A stretch of DNA of 64,000 nucleotides from assembly GCA_963728005.1 (NCBI GenBank), contig CAVSIG010000001.1, positions 1,184,462 through 1,248,461 on the forward strand. Reading direction: 5' to 3'. The translations under genes were made by a program, and so were the position numbers. How positions within the stretch are numbered: position 1 is the first letter of the stretch; each line of letters opens with the position of its first letter. Positions 40,330 through 49,380 of the stretch are shown in pieces. The stretch comes from an uncultured Microthrixaceae bacterium (GTDB lineage: Bacteria > Actinomycetota > Acidimicrobiia > Acidimicrobiales > DATDAH01). The notes beneath the pieces are model-generated. The model ran no database searches, was not told the origin of the DNA, and was given only the letters and a program-made list of their open reading frames with translations.

Positions 40330-41007
40330 CCACGTCGGTAGTGTGCCGCGCCGTGGCCGTCGTCGAGATCGACTTGGGCCCCGAGGTGTCCGCAACCGTC
40401 CTGCGGGCCGCGGTCGACCGGATCCGGGCCAGCGGTGACGCCCCGCGCTGGTGGGTGCAGGGCGCCGAGCTGCCACCACACCGACCTGGCCGCCACCCTC
40501 GGTCTGCGGCCGTCGCGCAGCCTGTTCCAGATGCGGCGCACGCTCCCCCTCGACACGTCGACCGACCTCGTCACCCGTCCGTTCCGGCCGGGCGAGGACG
40601 ACGCGGCCTGGCTGGAGGTCAACAACCGGGCCTTCGAGTGGCACCCGGAGCAGGGCGGCTGGACCCCCGAGGTGTTGGCCGGCCGCCTGGCCGAGCCCTG
40701 GTTCGACCCCGAGGGCTTCCTGCTCCACGAGGAGGAGGGGCGGCTGGCGGGCTTCTGCTGGACGAAGGTCCACCCGGCGGGCGACGGCGACCCCGCCCTG
40801 GGCGAGATCTACGTGATCGCCGTCGACCCGGACTTCGTCGGCCGGGGCCTGGGTCGGGCCCTGACGGTGGCCGGGCTGCAGCACCTGGCGGGCGAGGGCC
40901 TCGAGGTCGGGATGCTCTACGTGGAGTCCGACAACACCCCGGCCGTCAAGTTGTACGAGGACCTGGGGTTCCACGTCCACCGGACGGACACCGCGTTCGA
41001 GGCCTGA
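40330..41007 (+). CDS. mshD: Mycothiol acetyltransferase MshD, C-terminal GNAT domain intact; N-terminal domain short and frameshifted (~40470)
   Basis: LFQMRRTLPL...WLEVNNRAFEWHPEQGGWT...WTKVHP...GEIYVIAVDP...LYVESDN...TDTAFEA matches MshD C-terminal half; upstream frame has RWWVQGAE (WAHG-like). Confidence 0.6.
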
Positions 41008-41024
41008 GTCGACCCGAACCCCGC

Positions 41025-41198
41025 CCGTTCTGTGACCAGCCGACGGACACCGCGTTCGAGGATCGGTCGCCACCGCTCCCCGTTCTGGGACCAGCCGACG
41101 GTCACCAACAGCCGGATCCAGTACCCAGAACGAACCGCTCCCCGTTCTGGGACCAGCCCACGGTCACCAACAGCCGGATCCAGTACCCAGAACGAAAC
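41025..41198. repeat. 2.4 tandem copies (62-bp period) of an imperfect palindromic element CCGTTCTGGGACCAGCC[G/C]ACGGTCACCAACAGCCGGATCCAGTACCCAGAACG
   Basis: Seen directly; the first, partial copy is fused to a 21-bp duplicate of the mshD 3' end (CGGACGGACACCGCGTTCGAGG at 40983..41004 and 41041..41061). Confidence 0.8.
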
Positions 41199-41247
41199 GA
41201 ACTCAGGGGTGCGGGTTCCTGTCACACCTCGGTGAGAGCCTCGACAG

Positions 41248-42300
41248 ATGCACTGGGAAGCGCAGTTCCGACGTCAGGCCTCACGTCAGGAGAGCCTCGT
41301 GGCCCGGTTCCAGTTGCCCGGCATGGGCTGCGACTACGAGCACTGGCGCCGCGCACGACGAAGCGGGCGCTGGACCGACTGCAGTCCGCAGGTGATCGCG
41401 CTCGCGGGCTCACCGGAAACAGAATCCCAGCGCGTGCTGGCCGCCGTCCTGGACGCCAGTCCGGGCGCCGCACTCCACGGGCGGTCGACGTTGGCCTGGA
41501 TGCGAATCGGCCCGTTCGATCTGCGCGAGATCCAGACCTCACGACCCCGCGGCCTCTCGGGCGCGCCGGCGACGCTGAGCACGGTGCACCGACTCCGAGC
41601 CCTACGGCCGCACGATCTCGTCGTGGTCCGAGGTGTCGTCAGCGAGTCCGCCTTGCGAGCGATCTGGACGGAGGCCGCGCGCTATTCGGCGCCACAGCTG
41701 GAGGACATCGGCGCCCAGAGGATCGGTGCCCTTCTCGACATCGGTCACCGACTCGGGCTCGTCACTTGGGCGGCACTCGCCGAGATGGTCGACGACATCC
41801 AGCAGCGGGGTCGAGCGGGGACTCGGCTCATGAGAGTGCTGGCCGAAGCCCGACCCCCAGGGTCCAGCCCGACTGAGTCGCGGCAAGAGAGCCGGCTGGA
41901 GGAGATCCTGCACGAAGCCGGCCAACGATCGTTGACCCGCCAGCGCGTCGTCGGTGGTCACGAGCCGATCGGCCGAACGGATCATCGTGATGACCAGCTG
42001 CCCTTGGTCATCGAGACGAACAGCGAGACGTTCCACACGACGCCCACCGATCGAGCCGCCGATGAGCTGCGCTACGAGCGACTGACGCAAGCCGGGTTCA
42101 CCGTCGGTGTCGTCTGGGAGAATGACCTGTGGAAGCGTCCACGCGCAGCGGTCGCGACGGTCGTCGACGCCCGCCGTCTCGCCGCTCGCGGCGAGTCGGT
42201 CGTCGTGCACTCGCCGGGCTGCCCCTGGGTGGGGGTCAGGATCGACGGCGACGCGTCGACCGAGGTTGCGCAGGGCTCGAGTCACCGGCTCGCTTCCTGA
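41248..42300 (+). CDS. DUF559 endonuclease-like domain protein (AbiEi-like N-terminal region)
   Basis: C-terminal region LEEILHEAGQRSLTRQRVVGG...DQLPLVIETNSETFH...DRAADELRYERLTQAGFTVGVVWENDLW resembles DUF559/Vsr-like restriction endonuclease fold. Confidence 0.55.
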   Translation: MHWEAQFRRQASRQESLVARFQLPGMGCDYEHWRRARRSGRWTDCSPQVIALAGSPETESQRVLAAVLDASPGAALHGRSTLAWMRIGPFDLREIQTSRPRGLSGAPATLSTVHRLRALRPHDLVVVRGVVSESALRAIWTEAARYSAPQLEDIGAQRIGALLDIGHRLGLVTWAALAEMVDDIQQRGRAGTRLMRVLAEARPPGSSPTESRQESRLEEILHEAGQRSLTRQRVVGGHEPIGRTDHRDDQLPLVIETNSETFHTTPTDRAADELRYERLTQAGFTVGVVWENDLWKRPRAAVATVVDARRLAARGESVVVHSPGCPWVGVRIDGDASTEVAQGSSHRLAS

Positions 42301-42332
42301 CGGGGACGAGCACCGACGAAGTGCCGATCAGG

Positions 42333-42447
42333 CCGTTCTGGGACCAGCCCACGGTCACCAACAACCGGATCCAGTACCCAGAACGAACGGGACCGCCTTC
42401 TGGGACCAGCCCACGGTCACCAACAACCGGATCCAGTACCCAGAACG
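42333..42447. repeat. 1.9 tandem copies of the same 62-bp palindromic element (variant CAACAACCGG)
   Basis: Seen directly, immediately 3' of the DUF559 gene. Confidence 0.8.
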
Positions 42448-42469
42448 GGTCCGGCCGGCGAGCGAGGAA

Positions 42470-43189
42470 CTAGGTCGACACCCCGACGGCGGAGCCGATG
42501 CCGAAGGTGACGGCGCCGGCGACGACGGCGATGCCGGCGTGGCGCAGGGCCAGCCGGACCCGGGACCCGTGCGTGAACGTGGCCACCGCCACCCCCAGCG
42601 CCGCCGCGCCGACGATCGCCAGCACGACCGAGGCGACGACCGCGGTGCGGCCCGAGGTGACGAACCACGGCAGCAGCGGGAGCAGGGCGCCGACGGCGAA
42701 CGAGGCGAACGACGAGAGGGCGGCCCGCACGGGCGAGCCGAGGGCGTCGGGGTCGATGCCCAGCTCCTCGCGGGCGTGGGCCTGCAGCGCGGTCTCGGGG
42801 TCGGTCATGACGCCCTGGGCCATCTTGCGGGCCAGGTCGGGGTCGACGCCCCGGGACTGGTAGAGCTGCGTCAGCTCGACGGTCTCCACGTGGGGGTTCC
42901 GGGCCAGCTCGCGGCGCTCGATGGCCAGCTCCCGCTCCAGCAGCTCCTGCTGCGCCTTCATGGAGCCGTACTCCCCCGCCGCCATCGACACGGCCCCGGC
43001 GATGAGCCCGGCCAAGCCGGCCAGCCGGACGAAGCTGGCCCCCGGGTCAGCACCGGCGACGCCGAGGATGAGCGACACGTTCGACACCAGCCCGTCGCTG
43101 GCCCCGAACACGGCGGCTCGGGCCACACCGCCCTGGATGTCGCGGTGGTGGTGCTCCGACACCGGCGGTCGGGGTCGCTGCTCAGGCAC
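42470..43189 (-). CDS. VIT1/CCC1-family iron/manganese transporter
   Basis: AVFGASDGLVSNVSLILGVAG motif, coiled linker, C-terminal TM bundle. Confidence 0.75.
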   Translation of the reverse strand: MPEQRPRPPVSEHHHRDIQGGVARAAVFGASDGLVSNVSLILGVAGADPGASFVRLAGLAGLIAGAVSMAAGEYGSMKAQQELLERELAIERRELARNPHVETVELTQLYQSRGVDPDLARKMAQGVMTDPETALQAHAREELGIDPDALGSPVRAALSSFASFAVGALLPLLPWFVTSGRTAVVASVVLAIVGAAALGVAVATFTHGSRVRLALRHAGIAVVAGAVTFGIGSAVGVST

Positions 43190-43211
43190 GGGGCAACCGT
43201 ACGCTCGGGCC

Positions 43212-44261
43212 GTGGCGACCCGCTACGACCTGGATCGCGCCGGCTTGGAGGCCCTCCTCGACGGCCACCCCCGCTACCGCGTCGACCAGGTGTGGGAGGG
43301 CCTCTACGCCCAGGGGCGGGAGCCCGAGGAGATCACCAACCTCCCGTTGGCGCTCCGCGCCGAGCTGGCCGAGCGGCTCCCCGCCGCGCTCACCGAGGTC
43401 ATGCGCCTCGAAGGCGACGGCGGCCGGACCGTGAAGTGGGCATGGGCCGTCGACGGCGACCACCGGGTCGAGACCGTCCTCATGCACTACCCGGACCGCA
43501 GCACGGTCTGCATCAGCACCCAGGCGGGCTGCGCCATGGCCTGCGACTTCTGCGCCACCGGCCAGGCCGGGTTCGCCCGCCACCTCACGACCGGGGAGAT
43601 CGTCGAGCAGGTCGTCCGGGCTCGGCGCGAGTCGGGCGACAAGCGCCTGTCCAACGTGGTGTTCATGGGCATGGGCGAGCCCCTCGCCAACTACGACGCC
43701 ACCTGGGCAGCCGTCGAGCGCCTGCACGACGATCTCGGCCTCGGCGCCCGGAGCCTCACCATCTCGACCGTCGGCATCGTCCCCGGCATCCGTCGTCTGG
43801 CCACCGAGGCGCTCCCGGTGAACCTCGCGGTGTCGCTCCACGCCGCCAACGACGAGCTGCGGGACGCGCTGGTGCCGATCAACCGCCGCTACCCGCTGGC
43901 GGACCTGGAGGCGGCGTGCGCCGAGTGGCAGGGGTCGCGCAACCGCCGGCTGAGCTTCGAGTGGGCGATGATCGCCGGCACCAACGACCGGCCCTCGGAT
44001 GCCGACGAGCTGGCCGTCATCGCCCGACGCCTGCGGGCCCACGTGAACCTCATCCCCCTCAACCCGACCCCCGGGTTCGGGACGCAGGGCTCGTCCCCGA
44101 CCGCCGTCGAGGCATTCCGCCGTCGGTTGGCCGACGCCGGGGTGACGGTGACCGTGCGTCAGAACCGGGGTGTGGACATCGATGCCGCCTGCGGCCAGCT
44201 GGCCGGGACGGCTCCGCTCGACGTGCCGATCAGCGCACCAACACGGTCTCGCGGCGACTGA
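43212..44261 (+). CDS. rlmN: 23S rRNA/tRNA (adenine-C2)-methyltransferase RlmN, radical SAM
   Basis: CISTQAGCAMACDFCATG cluster, GMGEPLANY; GTG start chosen at 43212. Confidence 0.85.
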   Translation: MATRYDLDRAGLEALLDGHPRYRVDQVWEGLYAQGREPEEITNLPLALRAELAERLPAALTEVMRLEGDGGRTVKWAWAVDGDHRVETVLMHYPDRSTVCISTQAGCAMACDFCATGQAGFARHLTTGEIVEQVVRARRESGDKRLSNVVFMGMGEPLANYDATWAAVERLHDDLGLGARSLTISTVGIVPGIRRLATEALPVNLAVSLHAANDELRDALVPINRRYPLADLEAACAEWQGSRNRRLSFEWAMIAGTNDRPSDADELAVIARRLRAHVNLIPLNPTPGFGTQGSSPTAVEAFRRRLADAGVTVTVRQNRGVDIDAACGQLAGTAPLDVPISAPTRSRGD

Positions 44262-44976
44262 AGCGGATGGCGTCCACGAGGACCTCGCCCGCCTCGACGA
44301 CCGCCTCCTCCCAGCACACGCTGCGCACCAGGCGCCCCTCGACCCGGGCCCCGGGGGCCACGACGGAGCGGCCGCCCGACGCCAGGAGGTTGGCCGCCAG
44401 GTAGTCGGCCGGGGTCCCGCAGTCGACGAACGGATCCTCGAAGGCCACGGTCTCCAGGCGGTCGTCCGCGATGGCGTCGCGCCACACGGTCTCGTACAGC
44501 CCCGCCGGCTCGGCGGGCAGCTCCTCGGCCAGCGTCCACGGCAGCAGCGAGCCGGCGATCTTCGAGCGGGTCCCCAGCGGACCGCCCCCCGGCACCAGGA
44601 TCCGCACCCGTTCGCCGTCCCACCCGTCCAGCAGGGCGTCCAGACCGCCGTGGCACCAACCGTCGGCGTTCACGATCACCGACGGACGGCCGTCGATCCA
44701 CGACCGCAGCTGTCCCACGGCGCCCGCCGTCCCGAGCGCGACGGGGTCCTCGATCGACACGTGGACGCCGTCGCCGAGGTGGGCCAGGAGCTGGTCACGC
44801 CGGTGGTGGACGTTGACCGCCACGTCCCCGGTCACCGACCGGACGCGCTCGATGGCGGTGTCGACCAGCGGCACGCCGTCGACCGGGCAGAGGGCCTTGG
44901 GGCATCGGTTGGTCAGTGGCGCGAGTCGGGTCCCGGCACCCGCGGCGAGCACGATCCCTGCCACACTGTCGCTCAT
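44230..44976 (-). CDS. Nucleotidyltransferase (NTP_transferase/MobA-like fold)
   Basis: GIVLAAGAGTRLAPLT...KALCPV N-terminal motif. Confidence 0.65.
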   Translation of the reverse strand: MSDSVAGIVLAAGAGTRLAPLTNRCPKALCPVDGVPLVDTAIERVRSVTGDVAVNVHHRRDQLLAHLGDGVHVSIEDPVALGTAGAVGQLRSWIDGRPSVIVNADGWCHGGLDALLDGWDGERVRILVPGGGPLGTRSKIAGSLLPWTLAEELPAEPAGLYETVWRDAIADDRLETVAFEDPFVDCGTPADYLAANLLASGGRSVVAPGARVEGRLVRSVCWEEAVVEAGEVLVDAIRFSRRETVLVR

Positions 44977-45337
44977 GGAGACCCGACGCTGGACGAACCC
45001 CTCACAGCCCCAGACCCTCCAGATCGCGGTCTTCCTGCTCTACATCAACGTCGTGACCACGCTGCTCTTCGTCCCGTGGATGCCGCTGATTCTCGCCGCC
45101 ATCGCGGGCGGCGTCGGAGCCTACGGGATCGCCAACAGCCGGCGCTGGGGCTACCAGCTCGCCGTCGGGGCCTCTGCTGTCGAGGTGACGCTGCTGGTCC
45201 TCATCCCGATCCTCGGCGTCGGTCCCGACCTGCTGTTCAACCTCAGCTTCCTCATCACGGCCGTGTTCCCGGTCGCCCTGTTCTGCGCGCTCATCCACCC
45301 CGAGAGCCGCGAGCACCAGCGCATCTGGTTCGACTGA
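44975..45337 (+). CDS. Hypothetical small membrane protein
   Basis: Three hydrophobic helices; ATG overlaps the divergent start codon of the neighbouring gene; start uncertain. Confidence 0.3.
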   Translation: METRRWTNPSQPQTLQIAVFLLYINVVTTLLFVPWMPLILAAIAGGVGAYGIANSRRWGYQLAVGASAVEVTLLVLIPILGVGPDLLFNLSFLITAVFPVALFCALIHPESREHQRIWFD

Positions 45338-45352
45338 CCCCAGACTGCCCGC

Positions 45353-45547
45353 ATGGACGGCGATCTCGTCCGCGATGCGTTCGAGCTGCTCATCGTCATC
45401 GCCATCGGCGGGATGCTCTGGTCGGTCGTCTCCCGCCTGAAGAGAGGCGAGCTGAAGGTTCCCACCTGCCCCGAGTGCGGTGGACCGGCGTCTCGTGCCT
45501 ACCCCGTCTGCCGGCACTGTGGGGTCGAGCTGCCCGAGGGTCGCTGA
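45353..45547 (+). CDS. Small TM + zinc-ribbon protein (64 aa)
   Basis: LLIVIAIGGMLWSVV helix then CPECG...CRHCG. Confidence 0.4.
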   Translation: MDGDLVRDAFELLIVIAIGGMLWSVVSRLKRGELKVPTCPECGGPASRAYPVCRHCGVELPEGR

Positions 45548-45548
45548 G

Positions 45549-46211
45549 GTGTCGTTCCCCCACTACTACGCCCTGCTCGACCGTCTCCACGAGCACCTGG
45601 TGCCCCGTGGCTACCTCGAGATCGGGGTGGCCGACGGGCACTCCCTGGGCCTGGCCCGACCCGGCACCCTCGCCGTCGGCGTGGACCCCGTCCCCGGCTC
45701 CGAGGTCGGCGAACGGGCGCCGGGGCGCCGGGTGGAGGCCACGACCAGCGACGAGTTCTTCGCCCGCTTCAGCCGGGAGGACGTCTTCGGCGGCACGCCG
45801 CTGGACCTGGCCTTCGTCGACGGCCTCCACCTGTTCGAGGCGGCGCTGACCGACGTGGCCGCCGTCGAGCGGTGGGCGCACCCCGGCACCGTCCTGCTCC
45901 TCCACGACTGCCACCCGACGGACGAGGCCATGGCCGCCCGCGAGCGGAGCACGGTGGCGTGGGCCGGTGACGTCTGGAAGGTCGTCGCCTGCCTGCGGGC
46001 GGACCGGCCCGATCTCACGGTGACGACCGTGGACGTCGGCCCCACCGGCGTGGGCGTCATCACCGGCCTCGGTGCGGGCTTCGACGACCTCGACGGCTCG
46101 ATCGAGCGGTACCGGGATCTCGACTACGCCGTGCTGGAGACCGACCCCCACGCTCTGCTCCACCTCGTCCCGCCCACGTGGGACGCCGTCCTCCCCCTCC
46201 TGACGGGATAA
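45549..46211 (+). CDS. Class I SAM-dependent methyltransferase
   Basis: YLEIGVADGHSL, DLAFVDG; GTG start right after preceding stop. Confidence 0.65.
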   Translation: MSFPHYYALLDRLHEHLVPRGYLEIGVADGHSLGLARPGTLAVGVDPVPGSEVGERAPGRRVEATTSDEFFARFSREDVFGGTPLDLAFVDGLHLFEAALTDVAAVERWAHPGTVLLLHDCHPTDEAMAARERSTVAWAGDVWKVVACLRADRPDLTVTTVDVGPTGVGVITGLGAGFDDLDGSIERYRDLDYAVLETDPHALLHLVPPTWDAVLPLLTG

Positions 46212-46252
46212 CCCCTCGTCGCCCGTCGGGCGACGGATCTACGTTCCTGGCC

Positions 46253-47470
46253 ATGGACGGTGTGCCCGATGGCTTCACCCTGCGCGAGGCGACGCCGGAC
46301 GACCACGAGGCGATCGTGGCCATCAACACCGAGGTGTTCGACGGCCACGAGGGCGCGGCCGTCCGGCAACTGCTCGAGCGCGACGGGTACGGACCGGGCG
46401 AGTGGACGGTGGTGACCGACGACGACGGGCGGATCGTCTCGGCGTGCACGCTGTTCGAGCACCGACTCCGGTTCGGCTCGGTCGAGCTGCCGGCGGCCCA
46501 GATCGAGTTCGTGGCCACCCGTCCGGAGGCCCGCAAGCACGGGCTGGTCCGGGCCCAGTTCGCCCGCCACCACGCCCGGGCCGCCGAGCTGGGCGCCCTC
46601 GCCATCGTCATCACCGGGATCCCGTACCTCTACCGGCGCCTCGGCTACGGCTACGGCTTCGTCGACGGTCGCGTGCACCGGGTCCACGAGGTCCCCGACG
46701 CCCCGGAGGGCTGGACCGTGGACGACGCCACCGTCGACGACGTCGAGGCCATCACCGCCCAGTACGACCGAGCCCAGGCGGCGTGCGACATCGCGCTGCG
46801 CCACGGGGCCGAACGCTGGCGCTGGCTGGTCGAGGGCGCCCCGTCGTGGACGGAACGGGTCCGCGTCGCCCGTCGGGACGGCGCGGTCCGGGGCCTGTCC
46901 CGCACCCAGGTGCGTCCCCAGGAGGGCTACTACGCCAGCTGGGGCACGGCCGAGTCGGTCGAGGCGGCCCAGGCGCTGCTGGCCGATGCCGCCTCGCTGG
47001 CCGAGGGGCTCAAGCTGTACGCGCCGGATCGTCACGGCGACCCCTGGGGCGTGGTCGTCCAGGCGGCGGGCGTCCACGACCCCGGCCAGTTCGAGGCCAT
47101 CTACGCCCGCATCCCCGACCCCGCAGCCTTCCTGGACGCCATCCGACCCGTGCTGTCCGAGCGCCTGGCCGCCTCCCCGCTGGCCGACGCGTCCGGCGAG
47201 CTGGCCATGTCCCTCTACGAGGACGGCGTGATCCTCGGCTACGAGCACGGCAAGGTGACCTCGGTGCGCCGGGACCCCGAGCCCGCGCTCGACCCGATGG
47301 ACGACGATCGCGTGGGCATCGCCCCCGACGCGTTCCCCGCGCTGGTCTTCGGCCGCTTCACCACGGCCGAACTGGAGCAGCGCTACGACGACGTCGGGTA
47401 CAAGAACGACCGCGCCCTCATGGACATCCTGTTCCCCCGGCAGCACGTGGACCTGGTCGCGCCGATCTGA
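46253..47470 (+). CDS. GNAT N-acetyltransferase with C-terminal SCP2-like region (Eis-like)
   Basis: FTLREATPDDHEAI..., QIEFVATRPEARKHGL, long C-terminal extension. Confidence 0.7.
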   Translation: MDGVPDGFTLREATPDDHEAIVAINTEVFDGHEGAAVRQLLERDGYGPGEWTVVTDDDGRIVSACTLFEHRLRFGSVELPAAQIEFVATRPEARKHGLVRAQFARHHARAAELGALAIVITGIPYLYRRLGYGYGFVDGRVHRVHEVPDAPEGWTVDDATVDDVEAITAQYDRAQAACDIALRHGAERWRWLVEGAPSWTERVRVARRDGAVRGLSRTQVRPQEGYYASWGTAESVEAAQALLADAASLAEGLKLYAPDRHGDPWGVVVQAAGVHDPGQFEAIYARIPDPAAFLDAIRPVLSERLAASPLADASGELAMSLYEDGVILGYEHGKVTSVRRDPEPALDPMDDDRVGIAPDAFPALVFGRFTTAELEQRYDDVGYKNDRALMDILFPRQHVDLVAPI

Positions 47471-47493
47471 CCCGGCCTCCCTACGCTCGGGCC

Positions 47494-48186
47494 ATGGCCC
47501 GGACCGCCACGCTGCCCGAGGGTCAGGCCAAGGCGACGGCGGTGCGAGGGATGTTCGACGCCATCGCTCCCCGTTACGACCTGGTCAACCGGGTCATGAC
47601 GTTCGGCCTGGACCAGCGCTGGCGCCGCGACACCGTGCAGGCCCTCGGGCTCCCCGCCGGCTCTCTCGTGCTCGACCTGGCGGCGGGGACCGGGGATCTG
47701 TCGGCGGAGGCCGCTCGCCAGGGGCTGGTGCCGATCGGCATCGATCTCGCCCTCGGCATGCTCCGGGCGTCGCACGCGCCGGCGCCCCGGGCCCAGGGCG
47801 ACATCACCCGCCTCCCGGTACCCGACGCCGCCGCCGACGGGGCCGTGTGCGGCTTCGCCCTCCGCAACGTGGTGTCCCTCGACGACCTGTTCGCCGAACT
47901 GGCCCGCACGCTGCGCCCCGGTGGCCGCGTCGGGTTGCTGGAGGTGGACCGCCCCGACAACCCGGTCGTGCGGTTCGGCCACCACGTGTACTTCGACCGG
48001 GTCGTACCCGTCATCGGCGGCGTGCTGTCCGACCGTGACGCCTACCGCTACCTCCCGGCGTCCACCGCCTATCTCCCGCCCCGCTACGAGCTGCTCCAGC
48101 GGCTGGGGAGCGCGGGCTTCCAGCACATCGAGCAGCGACGGTTCCTGCTCGGCGCCGCCCAGCTGATCACGGCGACACGCTCGTGA
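47494..48186 (+). CDS. menG: Demethylmenaquinone methyltransferase
   Basis: VRGMFDAIAPRYDLVNRVMTFGLDQRWR, LDLAAGTGD. Confidence 0.85.
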   Translation: MARTATLPEGQAKATAVRGMFDAIAPRYDLVNRVMTFGLDQRWRRDTVQALGLPAGSLVLDLAAGTGDLSAEAARQGLVPIGIDLALGMLRASHAPAPRAQGDITRLPVPDAAADGAVCGFALRNVVSLDDLFAELARTLRPGGRVGLLEVDRPDNPVVRFGHHVYFDRVVPVIGGVLSDRDAYRYLPASTAYLPPRYELLQRLGSAGFQHIEQRRFLLGAAQLITATRS

Positions 48187-49380
48187 GCCTCGTCGCCCGC
48201 ACCCGGCGCCTCGACCACGACGTCGACCTGCTGGCCGTGGCCGGCGCCGACGGCCTGCTCCTGTCGCAGGACGGCCTCGGCCTCGCCGGCCGGGGCACCG
48301 CCCTCGAGCTCGAGGTCGACGACGTGCTGGAGGCGCAAGCGGCGCTGGCCGACATCGAGGTCGACGACGAGGTCGGCGGGCCCGGCACCGGCGTCGTGGC
48401 CTTCGGCGCGTGGCCGTTCCTGCCGGGGCCGGGCCGACGCCTGCGGGTGCCGGAGGTGGTCGTCGGCCGGGACGACCGGGGCGCCCGCTGGGTCACGACC
48501 ATCGGCGACCTCGACCCCACCGATGTCCTGTTCGACGTCCCGCCGACACCGGTGCTGCCCGACGAGGTGACCGTGCGCACCACTCAGTCGGCCGACGACT
48601 GGTGCGACGCCGTCGTCGCCGGTCGGGACGCCATCCTGTCCGGGGACCTCCGCAAGGTCGTCCTCGCACGGGAGCTGGTCGTCGAGACCGACCGCCCGAT
48701 CGACCGGGCCGGCGTCCTGCGCCGCCTCGCCGGCACGTTCCCAGGCTGCATGCTGGCGGCGGTCGACGGCTTCGTCTGCGCCAGCCCCGAGACGCTGGTG
48801 GCTCGCCACGGCGACGTCGTGCGGTCGCATCCCCTCGCCGGTACCGCGCCCCGGGGCGGCGACCCCTCGACCGACGCCCGCCTGGCCGCCGGGCTCCTGG
48901 CCTCGGCCAAGGAGCGAGCCGAGCACCAGCTGACCATCGACTTCGTCCACGAGATCCTGTTGCCCTGGTGCTCCTTCCTCGACGAGGAGGCCGAGCCCTC
49001 CGTCGTGGGCGTGGCCAACGTCCAGCACCTCGGGACGATGGTCGAGGGTCGGCTCTCCGACCCCGCCGCCGTCGGTCCTGGAGCTGGTCGAAGCGCTGCA
49101 CCCCACGCCCGCCGTCGCCGGCGACCCGCGCGACGACGCCCTGGAGATGATCGCCAAGCTCGAGGCCGGCGACCGCGGCCGCTACGCCGGCCCCGTTGGC
49201 TGGGTCGACGGTCAGGGCAACGGCCGCTGGGCCGTCGGCATCCGCTCCGCCGAGCTCCGTGGCACCGAGGCCCGGCTGTGGGCCGGCGTCGGCATCGTGG
49301 CGGACTCGGATCCCCAGTTGGAGCTGGAGGAGACCCGGGCCAAGGCCCAAGCCATGCTCGGGGCCCTCGTCCGGCTCTGA
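48183..49380 (+). CDS. menF: Isochorismate synthase; frameshift near 49080
   Basis: Chorismate-binding fold; C-terminus (AKLEAGDRGRYAGPVGWVDGQGNGRWAVGIRSA) in ORF 49147..49380. Confidence 0.8.

Noticed and set aside
41032-42473. Repeated peptide PFWDQPTVTN(S/N)RIQYPER in two small ORFs
   Set aside because: It is a by-product of translating the 62-bp DNA repeats. The ORFs have no start context and overlap the repeat arrays exactly.
44230-44976. Nucleotidyltransferase as an AbiEii toxin partner of the AbiEi-like DUF559 N-terminus
   Set aside because: Its N-terminal G-x-G-T-R-L motif is that of sugar-nucleotide or MobA-type NTP transferases, not the Pol-beta-type AbiEii. It lies 2 kb away across two unrelated genes.
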